The notes under the pieces are model-generated. The model was not told where the DNA came from and ran no database searches. It was given only the letters and a program-made list of their open reading frames with translations. DNA of 64,000 nt from the human T2T-CHM13v2.0 reference genome, Homo sapiens. Of the stretch, positions 1 through 12,032 are shown in pieces. Position numbers and translations under genes: made by a program. Position 1 is the stretch's first letter, and every line of letters begins with the position of its first letter. The DNA lies in the NCBI RefSeq assembly GCF_009914755.1, contig NC_060925.1; one strand, given 5' to 3'.

Positions 1-330
1 AAGCACACACAAGGGCTACACAGAACCCCAACTGAGCAGCTACCCCATTTGGGAAGTCTAAAAGGAACTTGAACTTTCCACACCACATAAAACTAAGACT
101 CTAATGTGCTATGCCCTCGGTATAAGTTAAACAATAAACAAACCTACCCAGGAGACTATTTATAAAATTGTCCATCTTGAACTTGAGCCCTGAACAAAGG
201 AAACAAAATATTCTCTGAATATTGGTAACCACAAGCTAGCCTTCATGCAGATATGAAGCTTGAATTTCTACTCCCTAAGTATTTTGAAAAATCTCAAACT
301 TACAATCTAGTTTAAAATTTCACACAGGAT
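1..330 (+). mobile_element. Degraded old L1 (L1M/L1ME-type) 5' region fragment
   Basis: Segment 'ctctgaatattggtaaccacaagctagccttcatgcagatatgaagcttgaatttctactccc' resembles old L1M 5' sequence as I recall it; highly diverged. Confidence 0.35.
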
Positions 331-1643
331 TATTCTAGTGCTTGCTCTTTGTCACTGCTCATAGCTCATTGTAGTTTTAACTCACTGTGTTTCAAAACAG
401 CTATGCTTGTTTTGGCCTTTAGGGGTTACATTTATTTGCATTAGCCTCAAGAAATGCATCAAAAAGTCTTTTTGTTGTAATATATTTAGGATTGAGATGC
501 AATGTCATTGGAAGGCCCTTAAATGTACCATACCAAAATGTTCTGAACCCTTCTCTGAAGTGGTTGCCTTTTCTTTCATTTCCCAAACAGCAATAATCTG
601 AGAACTCATACCATGTGGCTGCAAGAAGTCCAGTCCTTTACTGTTTTTCTTTCCCTGATATCTCTGGGCATCTGTGAGGAAGAATTTCATGTTACACAGA
701 CTCAGTCTGATTTTCATCCATAACCTCATAGGACAGATTGGCACCTAACTGGTGCTCAGCTCCTGCAATCACAGCCTCTCATTGCATAATGAGTTGCTGT
801 TGCTCTTCACATTCTGTTTTACCCAAAATGATAACATAATTCTGCTTTCTAACTTCCCAAAGTTTTTTAACATCTATAAAAAGTAAAAACTTGACTGAAG
901 CTTAGGGCAACAGAGGAATTAAAGTTCAGAAAAACAAAAACAAAAACAATGAAAATACAATAACAAAAAACTTAATCTGAAATACGACTGTAAATATGGT
1001 CCCCTATAAGGAAATCTATTCTTGATACCCAACAGAAAGGAAAAATCTCAATCTTCTTCTTACTCCAATCAAGGGCTAGGCTTCCCACCAGGATATTTTG
1101 CAGGAATGCAGCTCCACCTACAGTGAAGATAATTGTCCACCATTTATGAGAAAGTTTTAGCCCAGATCCTTACCATTCTGGAATAGTATCACAGTTTCAC
1201 CTTTGCATATCCAAATCACATAAAGACATTATTAACACTTATCAAAACACAAGAGAATAATTACTTTCAGAGAAGTCAAATCTCTCCCCTACAAAAATGG
1301 AAGAATTGCCACCAACTTTGAAATTCAAGTTTATTCTTTCTAGCCAAAAGCTTTCAAAAAAATGGCAAGCTCCTGTCCTAACTAGACAACTCATTATTTT
1401 GTTACAATGTTTGTCTCCCCCAAACAAAACCCTTCAACTTCTTCAAAGGCAAAAATATTGTGTTATTTCCCTTTTTGTTTCTAGTAACAGACAAAATGCC
1501 TAGTACACGTTCATGCTCAATAACCCTTTGTTAAGTGCATGAATCAGTGAATGACTACGTAAACCCCTTTCCATTAAATATTTGGAGAGGTTCAGTATAA
1601 GAAACAATATTTCATTTTTACAAAACGTCTTCCAGGAAGTGAG

Positions 1644-1663
1644 GAGAGAGAGAGAGAGAGAGA
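1644..1663. repeat. (GA)n microsatellite
   Basis: Direct gagagaga run. Confidence 0.9.
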
Positions 1664-2875
1664 AAGGAAATTCGTGAATGTATGTATGTCCTCCTTATGG
1701 GAACAACAGGTTTGAATACTGATGAAGTGGAACCTCAGAGCCACTGTGTGCATTGAACTGGAGTGAGACAGAAAAATACAGCAGACTCGTAACCAAACAG
1801 AAAGTGCCCCATCCTGTTGATGCAGCATATATTCTGAGCCCAACCAGTAAGTAGCAGACATTGACATGAATGAATATGGTTAAAAGCAAATGAACAGTCA
1901 TCATAGATGTTTCTCTCCCTGACTCGGTGACTGCAGGCTTTCAGATGCACCCAGCAACAAGGGAAGGGGGCATCTGCATAAAATATTCTGAGCAGAGCAT
2001 GGGGAGCTGGTTCCAGACTAGATAAACAATTTGACAAACACCCAGGAAGAATGTCTCTAACCTTCATAAAACTGAAAGGACAGGCAAGAAATGAGATGGA
2101 CGACACTGTCATGGAAATTACAGTCTCAGCGATTTGGAGACAGTTCATTCTGCAGAGGAGCTGGCACACTGGAGGAGGGATAAACAGGAAGTTTAAAATC
2201 TGTCTGAAATGGCACGGCATATTTTTCTTGGGGTATGGTATCAAATGAGACTAAAGTTCTCTCCAGAAAATAATATCACCTAAAGTTCAACTCATCTTTT
2301 GAACAACTTAGACTATTGACAGGAATTATTTAAGCAATTGCAAATGTCACTTCTTAAAAATCATGAGACTAAATAGAGTATAGGGAAAGAAATTGCTCAG
2401 AGGAGAAGAAACATTGGTCTATTAGTAAACTGGAAAATATATAAATCATGACAGAGTACATCTACATGTGAAGTCCTTTTGTACTTAGAGCCCTATCCTA
2501 GGCACTCTGAATAAAGGAAAACTAAGCGGCTTATTCTTACCCTTGAAGGGTCTAGTTAGGAGACAGACACATGGGTATACATGAATCAACAAATGCATAC
2601 TGATTTCTTATGAGCTGAATGCACAGTTCAGGAGTGATCTAAATATATAAGTGTTAAGCAAGAAGAGCTTCCCAAAAAGTGCAAGTTGTATAGTATGATT
2701 TGAGGGGAATTTTTGAAAAGTATATTAAGCAATTGATATTTTAATCTTGAGAAATAAATTTGACTATATATTATACACATACACGGACACCCCGTATATA
2801 TGATGAAATTTCTACCTCAAGGCAAGTTTTTAACTTTCTGTTTAAAGGCAATTTTCTCACGTCATAGAATTACAT

Positions 2876-3322
2876 TGTGATGGTTAATTTTATGTGTCAA
2901 ATTGACTGGGCCTCAGTATGCCCAGATAAGTGGTTAAACATTATTTCTGGGTGTGTCTGTGAGGGTGTTTCCAGAAGAAATTAACATGTAAATTGGTGGA
3001 TTGACTAAAGTTAATGAGGTGGGCTCTATCCAATTCTTTGAGGGCTTGAATAAAACAAAAAGGCAGAGGAAGGTTGAATTAATTCTGCCTTTTGAGCTGG
3101 GACATCCATTTTCTCCTGCCCTAGGTACTCCTGGTTCTCAGGCCTTCAGACCCAGACTGGAGTCTATGCCACTGACTCTCCAGCTCTCAGGCCTTGGAAC
3201 TATACCACTGGGTCTCCAGCTTACAGATGGCAGATCATGGGAACCTCTCAACCTCCGTAATGATGTAAGCCAATACATTGGTTCTATTGGTTCTGTTTCT
3301 CTGAAGAACTCCGACTAATCCA
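2876..3322 (+). mobile_element. MLT2-family (ERVL) solo LTR
   Basis: Starts TGTGATGGTTAATTTTATGTGTCAA, contains 'ttatttctgggtgtgtctgtgagggtgtttccagaaga', ends 'ggttctgtttctctgaagaactccgactaatcca'; typical MLT2 termini. Confidence 0.9.
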
Positions 3323-3359
3323 TAACATATTATTTAAGCCTTAGAAACCAGGTAGGTCT

Positions 3360-3640
3360 AGCATTTCCTAAAGTGTTCAATGAAACTCTGTTAAAAGATG
3401 GTCAAAAATAAATAAATAAATAAAACTATAATCCAGATTTTGTGAAACGTTTTTTATTCTGTTTCCTTCCAGGACTTCTAAAAGCACATCAGCTTATTAA
3501 AGGTTTTGAGAACTCTTTCAGCAAAGAAATCTATTTAATTTGTTTAACCCAGAATTTCTAATCTTATTTTACAGAGCACTTTTTAGTTTTTAGGAAGTCT
3601 GTAAACATCTTAAAAAATCCAATAAACAATTTTGGAACCA
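3360..3640. mobile_element. hAT-Charlie-like DNA transposon remnant
   Basis: 'aaaggttttgagaactctttcagcaaagaaatctatttaatttgtttaacccagaatttc' resembles old MER/Charlie elements; family not resolved. Confidence 0.4.
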
Positions 3641-3939
3641 TGAATCTAGTTCAGCTTCTCAATTTACACGAAAAAGAAGTGGAGCTAAGCTACTTGCCCA
3701 TGGTTACCAGCTGGTTAATGCCAAAGTAAAGCCCAGCATGCTGTTGTCCAATAGAACTGATAAGTCCTACTCATGACTTCTGCGTTATAGTTGTATTGAA
3801 ATTCAAACACTTGAGTTTACATTTTTGTTAAAATTAATGGCCTTAAGCCTGACCATGGGGTCTTCATAAAGGGTAAAAACTAAAAGAAAGTGATACCTGG
3901 CTTAATAGAATAACGAATTTTCAAAGGGAGCTTGCTAGA

Positions 3940-4095
3940 AAACAGTGTCTCCTTAGATAGTCAATTTTCCTTCCCCAGAGGTCTTTAAGAGGAGATAGGA
4001 TAATGACTTGTGCGCAGGATTGAAGGGGAAATTTGCAAATCAGTTAAGAGGTGATAAACTCTAAAGTGCTTTTTGCTTTGAGTTTGTTATTCTGT
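3940..4095 (+). mobile_element. L3/CR1 3' end remnant
   Basis: 'ccccagaggtctttaagaggagataggataatgacttgt...actctaaagtgctttttgctttgagtttgttattctgt' resembles the CR1/L3 3' terminus. Confidence 0.45.
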
Positions 4096-5147
4096 TAATA
4101 GCTTGATATGGTTAGGTTAATTATAGTAGGACTGGGCAGCAAGGAATCTGGGGTCTGAAACCACCACAACCCAGTTGGTCAGACAAGTGCCATGGAAAAA
4201 GACCTAGTTGCAAGTGCTTGAAGGAAACATAGCCTCAAAGCAGGTCATGATGGTCACAGAACTGGGCATGAGACTGCAGGCATTAGTTCAGGCATGCACT
4301 TACATGGCAGGTGGGCAGATGAAGCCAGGGACTCAGACAGCAGGCAAATACTTAGCATCAGAAAGTATCTCAGCAGATGGTAGAATCACTAACATAGGGA
4401 TGGGGTCCATAGGCAGCCCTCTATTAATAATGTTATGCAATGCATTCTATGCAGATCAGCTGGTTCTGAGTAGACGGTTTTTTATTTCCTATCCTAGAAT
4501 CGGATAGTCTAGGAAAGGTGGAATGAGTTTGGTATAATCCCTTATATATTTAGGGAAAAGCCACAGTATGCTTATCAAATAAAAAAAATAGGAATATGGT
4601 AGGAGCTTAGTTGATAAAACTAGACCAAGAAATCTGCAACAGAATGACAATAAGAGTGGTATGTTACTGAGTCAGTTTCCCTCTGCCCATTCCAAAAAGT
4701 GGTTCTAAAGACCATGTTGGGGCTGAGCCTACAGGTAGAAGTCAAGTGCCTTCAGCTCCAGGAAGAAGAAAACTGCAGAAGCTGAGCTCAATAGCTGCTT
4801 CCCTCCCCAAAATGCATCTCATCAAAAAAATATATATATATATTGGAAGCAACGTCCTTAATTACTTTAGTATCTTTCTGTCAACAACTTATGAGGCAGA
4901 CACAGCGAACTTAGAAAGTAATAAGATTATGTTCAAGGGGATGTGTTATGTTAGCCTGAGGGTTGATAGTCTTAATTTTCATGTAGTGAAGAAAGGATAT
5001 GGGAGAGGAGATGAGAAGGTGGCCAAAAGCAGTAGAGAAATATTTCTGTGACCCATCATTACAGCATTGTGTCATCCTGAGAGAGACAGTGTTGCTTTCT
5101 TTAAAATATTAAGAGTCAGACCTAGGAAATCATGCTATAATTGAGAA

Positions 5148-5340
5148 AGAGTATAGTATATTGGCTAAGAACACAAATTCTGCACTAAGTACTCCTCTTT
5201 CACATCTTGGATTTATCATTTACCAACATGTGGCTTTAGGTAAGTTACTTGACCTCTCTGTAATTCACATCCTTCATCTATAAAACTGAGGATGATAATA
5301 GCAGGTATTAATAAAGTTGTATGATATATGTATTTATATG
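5148..5340 (+). mobile_element. MIR SINE
   Basis: Core 'ggtaagttacttgacctctctgtaattcacatccttcatctataaaactgaggatgataatag'. Confidence 0.75.
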
Positions 5341-5607
5341 GATATGCTTATTTGTCCAACAAGGTAAAATTCATGATATCAGGCAACTCTACACAAAATC
5401 ATCTAAAAAATTAAAGAGAGAGGATACATCCCCAGCATTACCCTGATACCAAAACAACTTGAAGACATTACAAAATAGAACAATAGATCAATATCCCTCA
5501 AGAACATAGATGCAAGCATTTTAAATACAATTTTAGCAAATCAACCCCAACAATATGAAGATAATACATCATCACCAAATGAGATTTGGTGACGATGTTT
5601 CTTATCA

Positions 5608-7814
5608 TGTTTATTAGTCTGTTTTCATGCTGCTAATAAAGCCATAACCAAGACTGGGTAATTTACAAAGGAAAGAAGTTTAATGGACTCACAGTTCCAC
5701 ATGGCTAGTGAGGCCTCACGATTATGGCAGAAGACAGAGAGAGAGTAAAGGGATGTCTTGCATGGCAGCAGGCAAGAGAGCTTGTATAGGGGAGCTCCCA
5801 TATATAAAACCATCGAATCTCATAAGACTTATTTGCTACCATAAGAACAGTATGGGGGAAACTGCCCCCATGATTCAGTTATCTCCACCTGGCCCTGCCC
5901 TTGAAATGTAGGGATTATTACAATTCAAGGTGAGATTTGGGTGAGGACACAGCCAAACCATATAATTTTTCCTTTGTCCTCTCTCAAATCTCATGTCCTC
6001 ACATTTCAAAACAATCATGCCTTCTCAGCAGTCCCCCAAAGTCTTATTTCAGCACCAACTCAAAAATCTACAGTCTAAAGTGTCATCTGAGACAAGGCAA
6101 GTTCCTTCCACCTATGAGCCTGTAAAATCAAAAGCAAGTTAGTTATTTCCTAGATACAATGAGGGTATAGGTATTGGGTAAACACACCCATTCCAAATGG
6201 GAGAAATTGGCCAAAATGAAAGGCTAAGGTGCCATGCAAGTCTGAAATTCAGAAAGGCAGCCAAATCTTAAAGCTTTAAAATGATCTCCTTTGACTCCAT
6301 GTCTCACATCCAGGTCATGCTGATGCAAGAAGTGGGTTCCCATAGTCTTGGGCAACTCTGCCCCTGTTGCTTTGCAGGGTACAGCCTCCCTCCCAGTTGC
6401 TTTCACAGGCTGGCATTGAATGTCTGCAGATTTTCCAGGCACATGGTGCAAACCGTCAGTGGATCTACCATTCTGGGGTCTGGAGAATGGTAGCCTTCTT
6501 CTCACAGCTCCACTAGGTGGCGCCACAGTAGGGACTCTGTGTGGAGGCCTCAACCACACATTTTCCTTCTGCACTGCCCTAGCAGAGGTTCTCCATGAGG
6601 TCTCCACTCCTGCAGCAGACTTTTGCCTGGACATCCAGGCATGTGCATACATTCCTAAAATCTAGGTGGAGATTCCAGAAACCTCAATTCTTGACTTCTG
6701 TGCATCCACAGACCCCACACCAGATGGAAGCTGCCAAGGCTTGGGACTTGAACCCTCTGAAGCAACGGGCTGAGCTCTACATTGGCCCCTTTTAGCCATA
6801 GCTGGGACACAGGGCACCAAGTCCTGAGACTGCATAAAGCAGCAAGACCCAGGGCCCAGACCGTGAAAACATTTTTTCCTCCCAGGCCTCTGGGCTTGTC
6901 ACAGAAGGGGCTGCTGTAAAGGCTTCTGAAGTGTTCTGGAGACATGTTTCCCATTGTCTTGGCAATTAACATTTGGCTCCTCATTACTTATGCAAAATTT
7001 CTGCAGCCAGCTTGAATTTCTCCCTAGAAAATGGATTTTTCTTTTCTATCACATTGTCAGCTGCAAATTTTCCAAACTTTTATGCTTTGCTCCCTCTTGA
7101 ATGCTTTGCTGCTTAGAAATTTCTTCCTCTAGATACCCTAAATCATCTGTCTCAAGTTCAAAGTTCCACAGATCTCTAGGGCAGAGACGAAATGCCACCA
7201 GTCTCTTTGCATAGCAAGAGTGACCTTTAGTCCAGTTCCCAAGAGGTTTCTCATCTCCATCTGAGACCACCTCAGCCTGGACTTTATTGTCCATATCACT
7301 ATCAGCATTTTGGTCAAAGCCACTCAACAAGTCTCTAGGAAATTCCAAACTTTCCCACGTTTTGCTATCTTCTTTAGAGATCTATAAACTGTCCCAACCT
7401 CTGCTTGTTACTCAGTTCCAGAGATGCTCCCACATTTTCAGGTATCTTTACAGCAGCACCCCACTCCTGATACCAGCTTACTGTATTGGTCTGTTCTCAT
7501 GTTGATAGTAAAGCCATACACAAGACTGAGTAATTTATAGTGGAAAGAAATTTAACGGACTCACAATTCCACATGGCTGGGGAAGCCTTACAGTCATGGT
7601 GGAAGATGAGGGAAGAGCAAAGGGATGTCTTACATAGCAGCAGGCAAGAGAGCTTGTGCAGGGGAACTCCCATGTATAAAACTATCAGATCTCATAAGAC
7701 TTATTCACTACCATGAGAACAATATGGGAGAAACTGCCCCATGATTTAATGATCTCCACCTGACCTCCCTTGACACATAAAGATTATTACAATTGAAGGT
7801 GACCTTTGGGTGGG
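5608..7814 (-). mobile_element. Near-complete THE1 (THE1C-like) MaLR provirus: LTR 5608-5965, internal 5966-7481, LTR 7482-7814 (outer ~20 bp missing)
   Basis: Two related LTRs in reverse complement ('tattagtctgttttcatgctgct...gacacagccaaaccata') flank a ~1.5-kb THE1 internal region (ORFs 6224-6652, 6655-6984, 7049-7348 are its disrupted ORF remnants). Confidence 0.95.
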
Positions 7815-8405
7815 TTTATGCCAGGAAAGCAAATTAATATTAAAAAAATCAAACAATGTAATTCATCATATTAACACAGTTGAAAATAAAAACCAAATTA
7901 TCTTCTTAATAAATACAGAAAAAGCATTTGACAAAATTCAACAACTTTCCCTGATAAAATATTGTAGTGAACTAGGAAAAGAAATAAACTTCCTCAACCT
8001 GATAAAAAGTATTTACAAAAACCCTACAGTTAACTAAGTACAGTTAACATACTTAATGGTGAAAGACTGAGTGCTTTCTCCACAAACCTAAGTGTGGGTC
8101 AGTTGTAAGAATATCTGCTCTCACCATGTCTGTTCAACATTATACTTTAGATTCTAGCCAGTGCAATAAGGCAAGGAAAAAAATACAAATAAAAAGGATT
8201 CATAGTGGGAAAAAAGTAAGCCTTTATTCTTAGGCAACATGAGTCTATTTGTAGAAAACCCAATGGAATCTACAAATAAGTTACTAGATCTAATAAACAA
8301 GATAGGTAAGCTTGCAATTTTTTAAGATCAACATAAAAAAATCAATTGTATTTCTAAATACTAGCAAGGAACCATCAGAAATTAAGCTGTGAAATGATAA
8401 TTTCA

Positions 8406-8847
8406 AAATTAGCAAAGACTTGGAACCTACCCAAATGCCCATCAATGATAGACTGGATAAAGAAAATGTGGCCCATATACACCACAGAATACTATGTGGC
8501 CATAAAAAAGAATGAGTTCATGTCCTTTGCAGGGACATGGATGAAGCTGGAAACCATATCATTCTCAGAAAAATAACACGAGAACAGAAAAACAAACACC
8601 GCGTGTTCTCACTGATAAGTGGGAGTTGAACAATGAGAACACGTGGACACAGGGCAGGGAACATCACACACCGGGGGCTATTGGGGGATGGGGGGCTAGG
8701 GAAGGGATAGCATTAGGAGAAATATCTAATGTAGATGACAGGTTGATGGGTGTAGCAAACCACCATGGCACGTGTATACCTATGTAACAAACCTGCAGGT
8801 TCTGCACATGTATTGCGGAACTTAAAGTATTATTAAAAAAAAAAAAA
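8406..8847 (+). mobile_element. 5'-truncated L1PA7/8-like 3' end with poly(A)
   Basis: ORF2 C-terminus ([19 protein letters not shown]), 3'UTR 'gggctagggaagggatagcattaggagaaatatctaatgtagatgac', A13 tail. Confidence 0.9.
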
Positions 8848-9437
8848 GTATCAAGACTTAGAGGAAGAAATCTGATAAAAGCTGCACAAGACCTGTATGC
8901 TAAAAGATACTGTTAAGAAAAATTAAGGAAGACCTACATAAATGGAGACATATACAAGATACCTGGATTAGAAGACTCAATATTATTGCAATTTCAGTTT
9001 TCCCTAAAGCAATCTATAGATCCAAAAATCAATCAAAATGAAACACATGCTTAGATGTAAAACCACAAATTATAAACATTTTAGAAAATAACCTACAAGA
9101 AAATCTGGAAACACTGAGTAGGCAAATATTTTATTGACATGACACCTAAGGAACATCCATAATCTGACAAATTGATTAACTTAATTTCATCAAAATGCAA
9201 AATTTCTCCTCTTTGGCAGACATTGTTAAGAGGAAAAGACAAGCTGCAATCTGGAAGAAATTATTTGCAAATTCTAAAACTGATAAAGGATTTATATGTA
9301 GAATATATAAAGAACTTTCAAAACTCAATAATAAGAATTTTTTTAATAATAGAAAAATGGGCAAAAGATGTGAAAGACACTTTGCCAAAGAAGACATACA
9401 CAAGACAGCTAAGCATAAAAGAAGATGTTCAGCATCA

Positions 9438-9731
9438 GCTGGGCCCGGTGGCTCATATCTGTAATCACAGCACTTTGGGAGGCCGAAGGCAGGAGTTTGA
9501 GACCAGCCTGAACAACATGATGAAACTCCCTCCCTACTAAAAATATAAAAATTAGCTGGGCATGGTCTTGCATGCTTGTAGTCCCAGCTATTCTGGAGGC
9601 TGAGGCAGGAGAATCGCTTAAACCCAGGAGGCGAAGATTGCAGTGAGCCAAGATCATTCCACTGCCTTCCAGGCTGGGCAACAGAGCGAGAATCCGTCTT
9701 AAAAAATAAATAAATAAATAAAAATAAAAAG
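9438..9731 (+). mobile_element. AluS with ~17-bp left-arm deletion
   Basis: Dimeric Alu with A-rich tail; perfect 15-bp TSD agatgttcagcatca at 9423-9437 and 9732-9746. Confidence 0.97.
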
Positions 9732-10707
9732 AGATGTTCAGCATCATTAGTCATTAGGTAAACACAAACCGAAACCACAGTGAGATACCACTGCACATGT
9801 ATCAGAATGGCTAAAACTAATAAGACCAACCATACCAATGTTGACAAGAATGTGGGGGAACTAGAACTCTCACGCACTGATGTTGAAAATGTAGAATTGC
9901 TGAACTACAACTTTAAAAACAGTTTGGCATGTTTTTAGTTTTTTTTAGTTTTAAATTAAGCCAATATCTACCATATTATCTAATTATTCTGCTCTTGGGT
10001 ATTTTCCCTATAGGAAATAAAGCATATGTCCATAAGAATATTTATACTAGTATTCATAAAAACTTTTTTTAACAGCCAGAAACTGCAAAATCCCAAATGT
10101 CTATCAACAACAAGTGAATGAATAAACACATTGTGGTATAGCTAAACAGTAGCCTATGACTTGGCAATAAAAAGAAGTGGACTATTGAAACACACAACAA
10201 TATGGACGAATCTCAAAATCATCGCTCACAGCCAGACAACATAGAGTACATACTGCTTGATTCCATTTATAAACAATTCTGATATATGCAAATTAATCTA
10301 TAATGACTGAAAGCAAATCAGTGGTTACCTGAGGATGGGAAGGAACAAAGCAGGAAGGAGAAGAGATTTAACAAGGGCAGGAGGAAAGTTTTGGGGGTGA
10401 TGGATATGTTCATTCATATAATTCCAGTAATGGTTTTATGAAAGTTTACATATCTCGAAACTTATCAAATTGTACATTTTAAACATGTGTAGTTTATTAT
10501 AGATTAATTATGCCTCAATAAAGCTGTTTAAAAACAAATTACTATTTTTTAGAAGAAGATTCTTTTGGAGTTAGAATCACCAGATCTCTGTGACTGTATT
10601 TGGTTGATGAGGAAAAATGGAAAGCATGCATCTGACACTTTGGATTGAGCACAGGATGATGATAATGCCATTCACTAAGAGAGCTAAAAGAGGCTAAGTA
10701 CAAAAAT

Positions 10708-10795
10708 CAGTTCTAAGCCTGCTCATCCACCTGTGTTTTTCATTTTAGTTACAGTTCTAAGCCTGCTCATCCACCTGGGTTTTTCATTCTAGTTA
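10708..10795. repeat. 44-bp tandem duplication
   Basis: cagttctaagcctgctcatccacctg(t/g)gtttttcatt(t/c)tagtta twice, 2 mismatches. Confidence 0.97.
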
Positions 10796-12032
10796 AAGAC
10801 AACAAGATCTATTCACTGACTTAAAACTAAAAACTGGGGCTCATTCTCAAAACTTTGCCCTTCTTTCTAAATTTAATCAGTCAGAATAAAGATACTTTTG
10901 AATGGATAAATAAATGATTACTCAGATTAATGAATTAAATGGCAAAAGACATTCTGGAATTATTCTAAATATAATGTGTTGATAAAATTTCAAGAAAATT
11001 TATTTAATTGGTATAATCTTTATATATAAGGATTCACATAGATTCTACATACTCTCATACAATTATAATATTATAGCACTTTATCAGTTCTCAGACTGAA
11101 TGTATGCTTGAGAATATTCAGAAATACTGGCAATAACATCTCCATAATAAAATTTCCTAGCTGGAGACCGCTCCAATTTCATGATGTTTTTTAAAGTTTA
11201 CTTGTATGAAAGCAAACAAAGTGACATGGAGGTATATTTTATTTGCTGAATGCTTTTCAGCACATAGTACAAACTCAGAAAATAATGCATCAATAGATTG
11301 GTGGTCGAGAATCCCTAAGGCTCTGGCATTAAAAACAAGTTACAAATACCATCTTCTCAATACGGAGCATAATCCACATCCATGAATTTTCAAAATGGCA
11401 ATATTGCATTTTATTTATCAGGAAAAAATTATTAATAAAAGTAAAACAAGCATGAATTGCTCTAATTCCACATTCTTTGGATTAAAATTTCTTAAAAATT
11501 AGATGGGTTCAAGTTTTCCCATTCCTCACAAATGCTGATGAAAAGTCAGAGACAGATTTTGTAAGTGAGCATTTCCTGTATGCTGCAGCACTCTTGCCTT
11601 GTCTTGTATTTTTGTGCATCCAATCACCAGTGGAAATGATTAAATCTCCAGGTATCATTCTATCTGAGGGAAATGAAATCACTGGAACAGAACATGTTCT
11701 AAAGATTATCTGTCTATTTATCCAACCAAAAGTTTATGTGTTACTTGTCATTTGGTTGCTACTTCAACAGAGAGGTGGGCTGGACTGAATAAGGGAAATA
11801 TAGGTTCTCAGAGGTAGTGAGAGACACAAGTGTTCCTCTGGTGAGTTCATTGACATGCATGAGAGAAACATTACAATTTTCACAGGTTTTCTGAAGCCTG
11901 CCAGAGACTCCCTGAGATCCCTGAAGTCAGAAGTTTCTCATAGTACCCTTAAAAACAAAAGTCAAGCAGGCAGTTTGGGGAGTAGTGATGGCAAGCATAA
12001 CAATTGCACAGTACCCCCTTGTCTTTTGTTCC

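Larger units (their letters stand above)
5388..10538 (+). mobile_element. Old 5'-truncated L1M (L1MC/MD-like) ORF2 + 3'UTR, host to nested THE1, L1PA and Alu insertions
   Basis: ORF2-like peptides ([14 protein letters not shown] 7810-8037); pieces at 5388-5583, 7815-8405, 8848-9437 and 9732-10538 are colinear; ends 'tgcctcaataaagctgtttaaaaa'. Confidence 0.85.

Noticed and set aside
1735-2244. 169-aa minus-strand ORF and overlapping ORFs
   Set aside because: No recognisable domain, composition typical of random AT-rich sequence, no exon structure.
9176-9877. 233-aa ORF, the longest in the window
   Set aside because: Antisense read-through of L1 plus Alu sequence.
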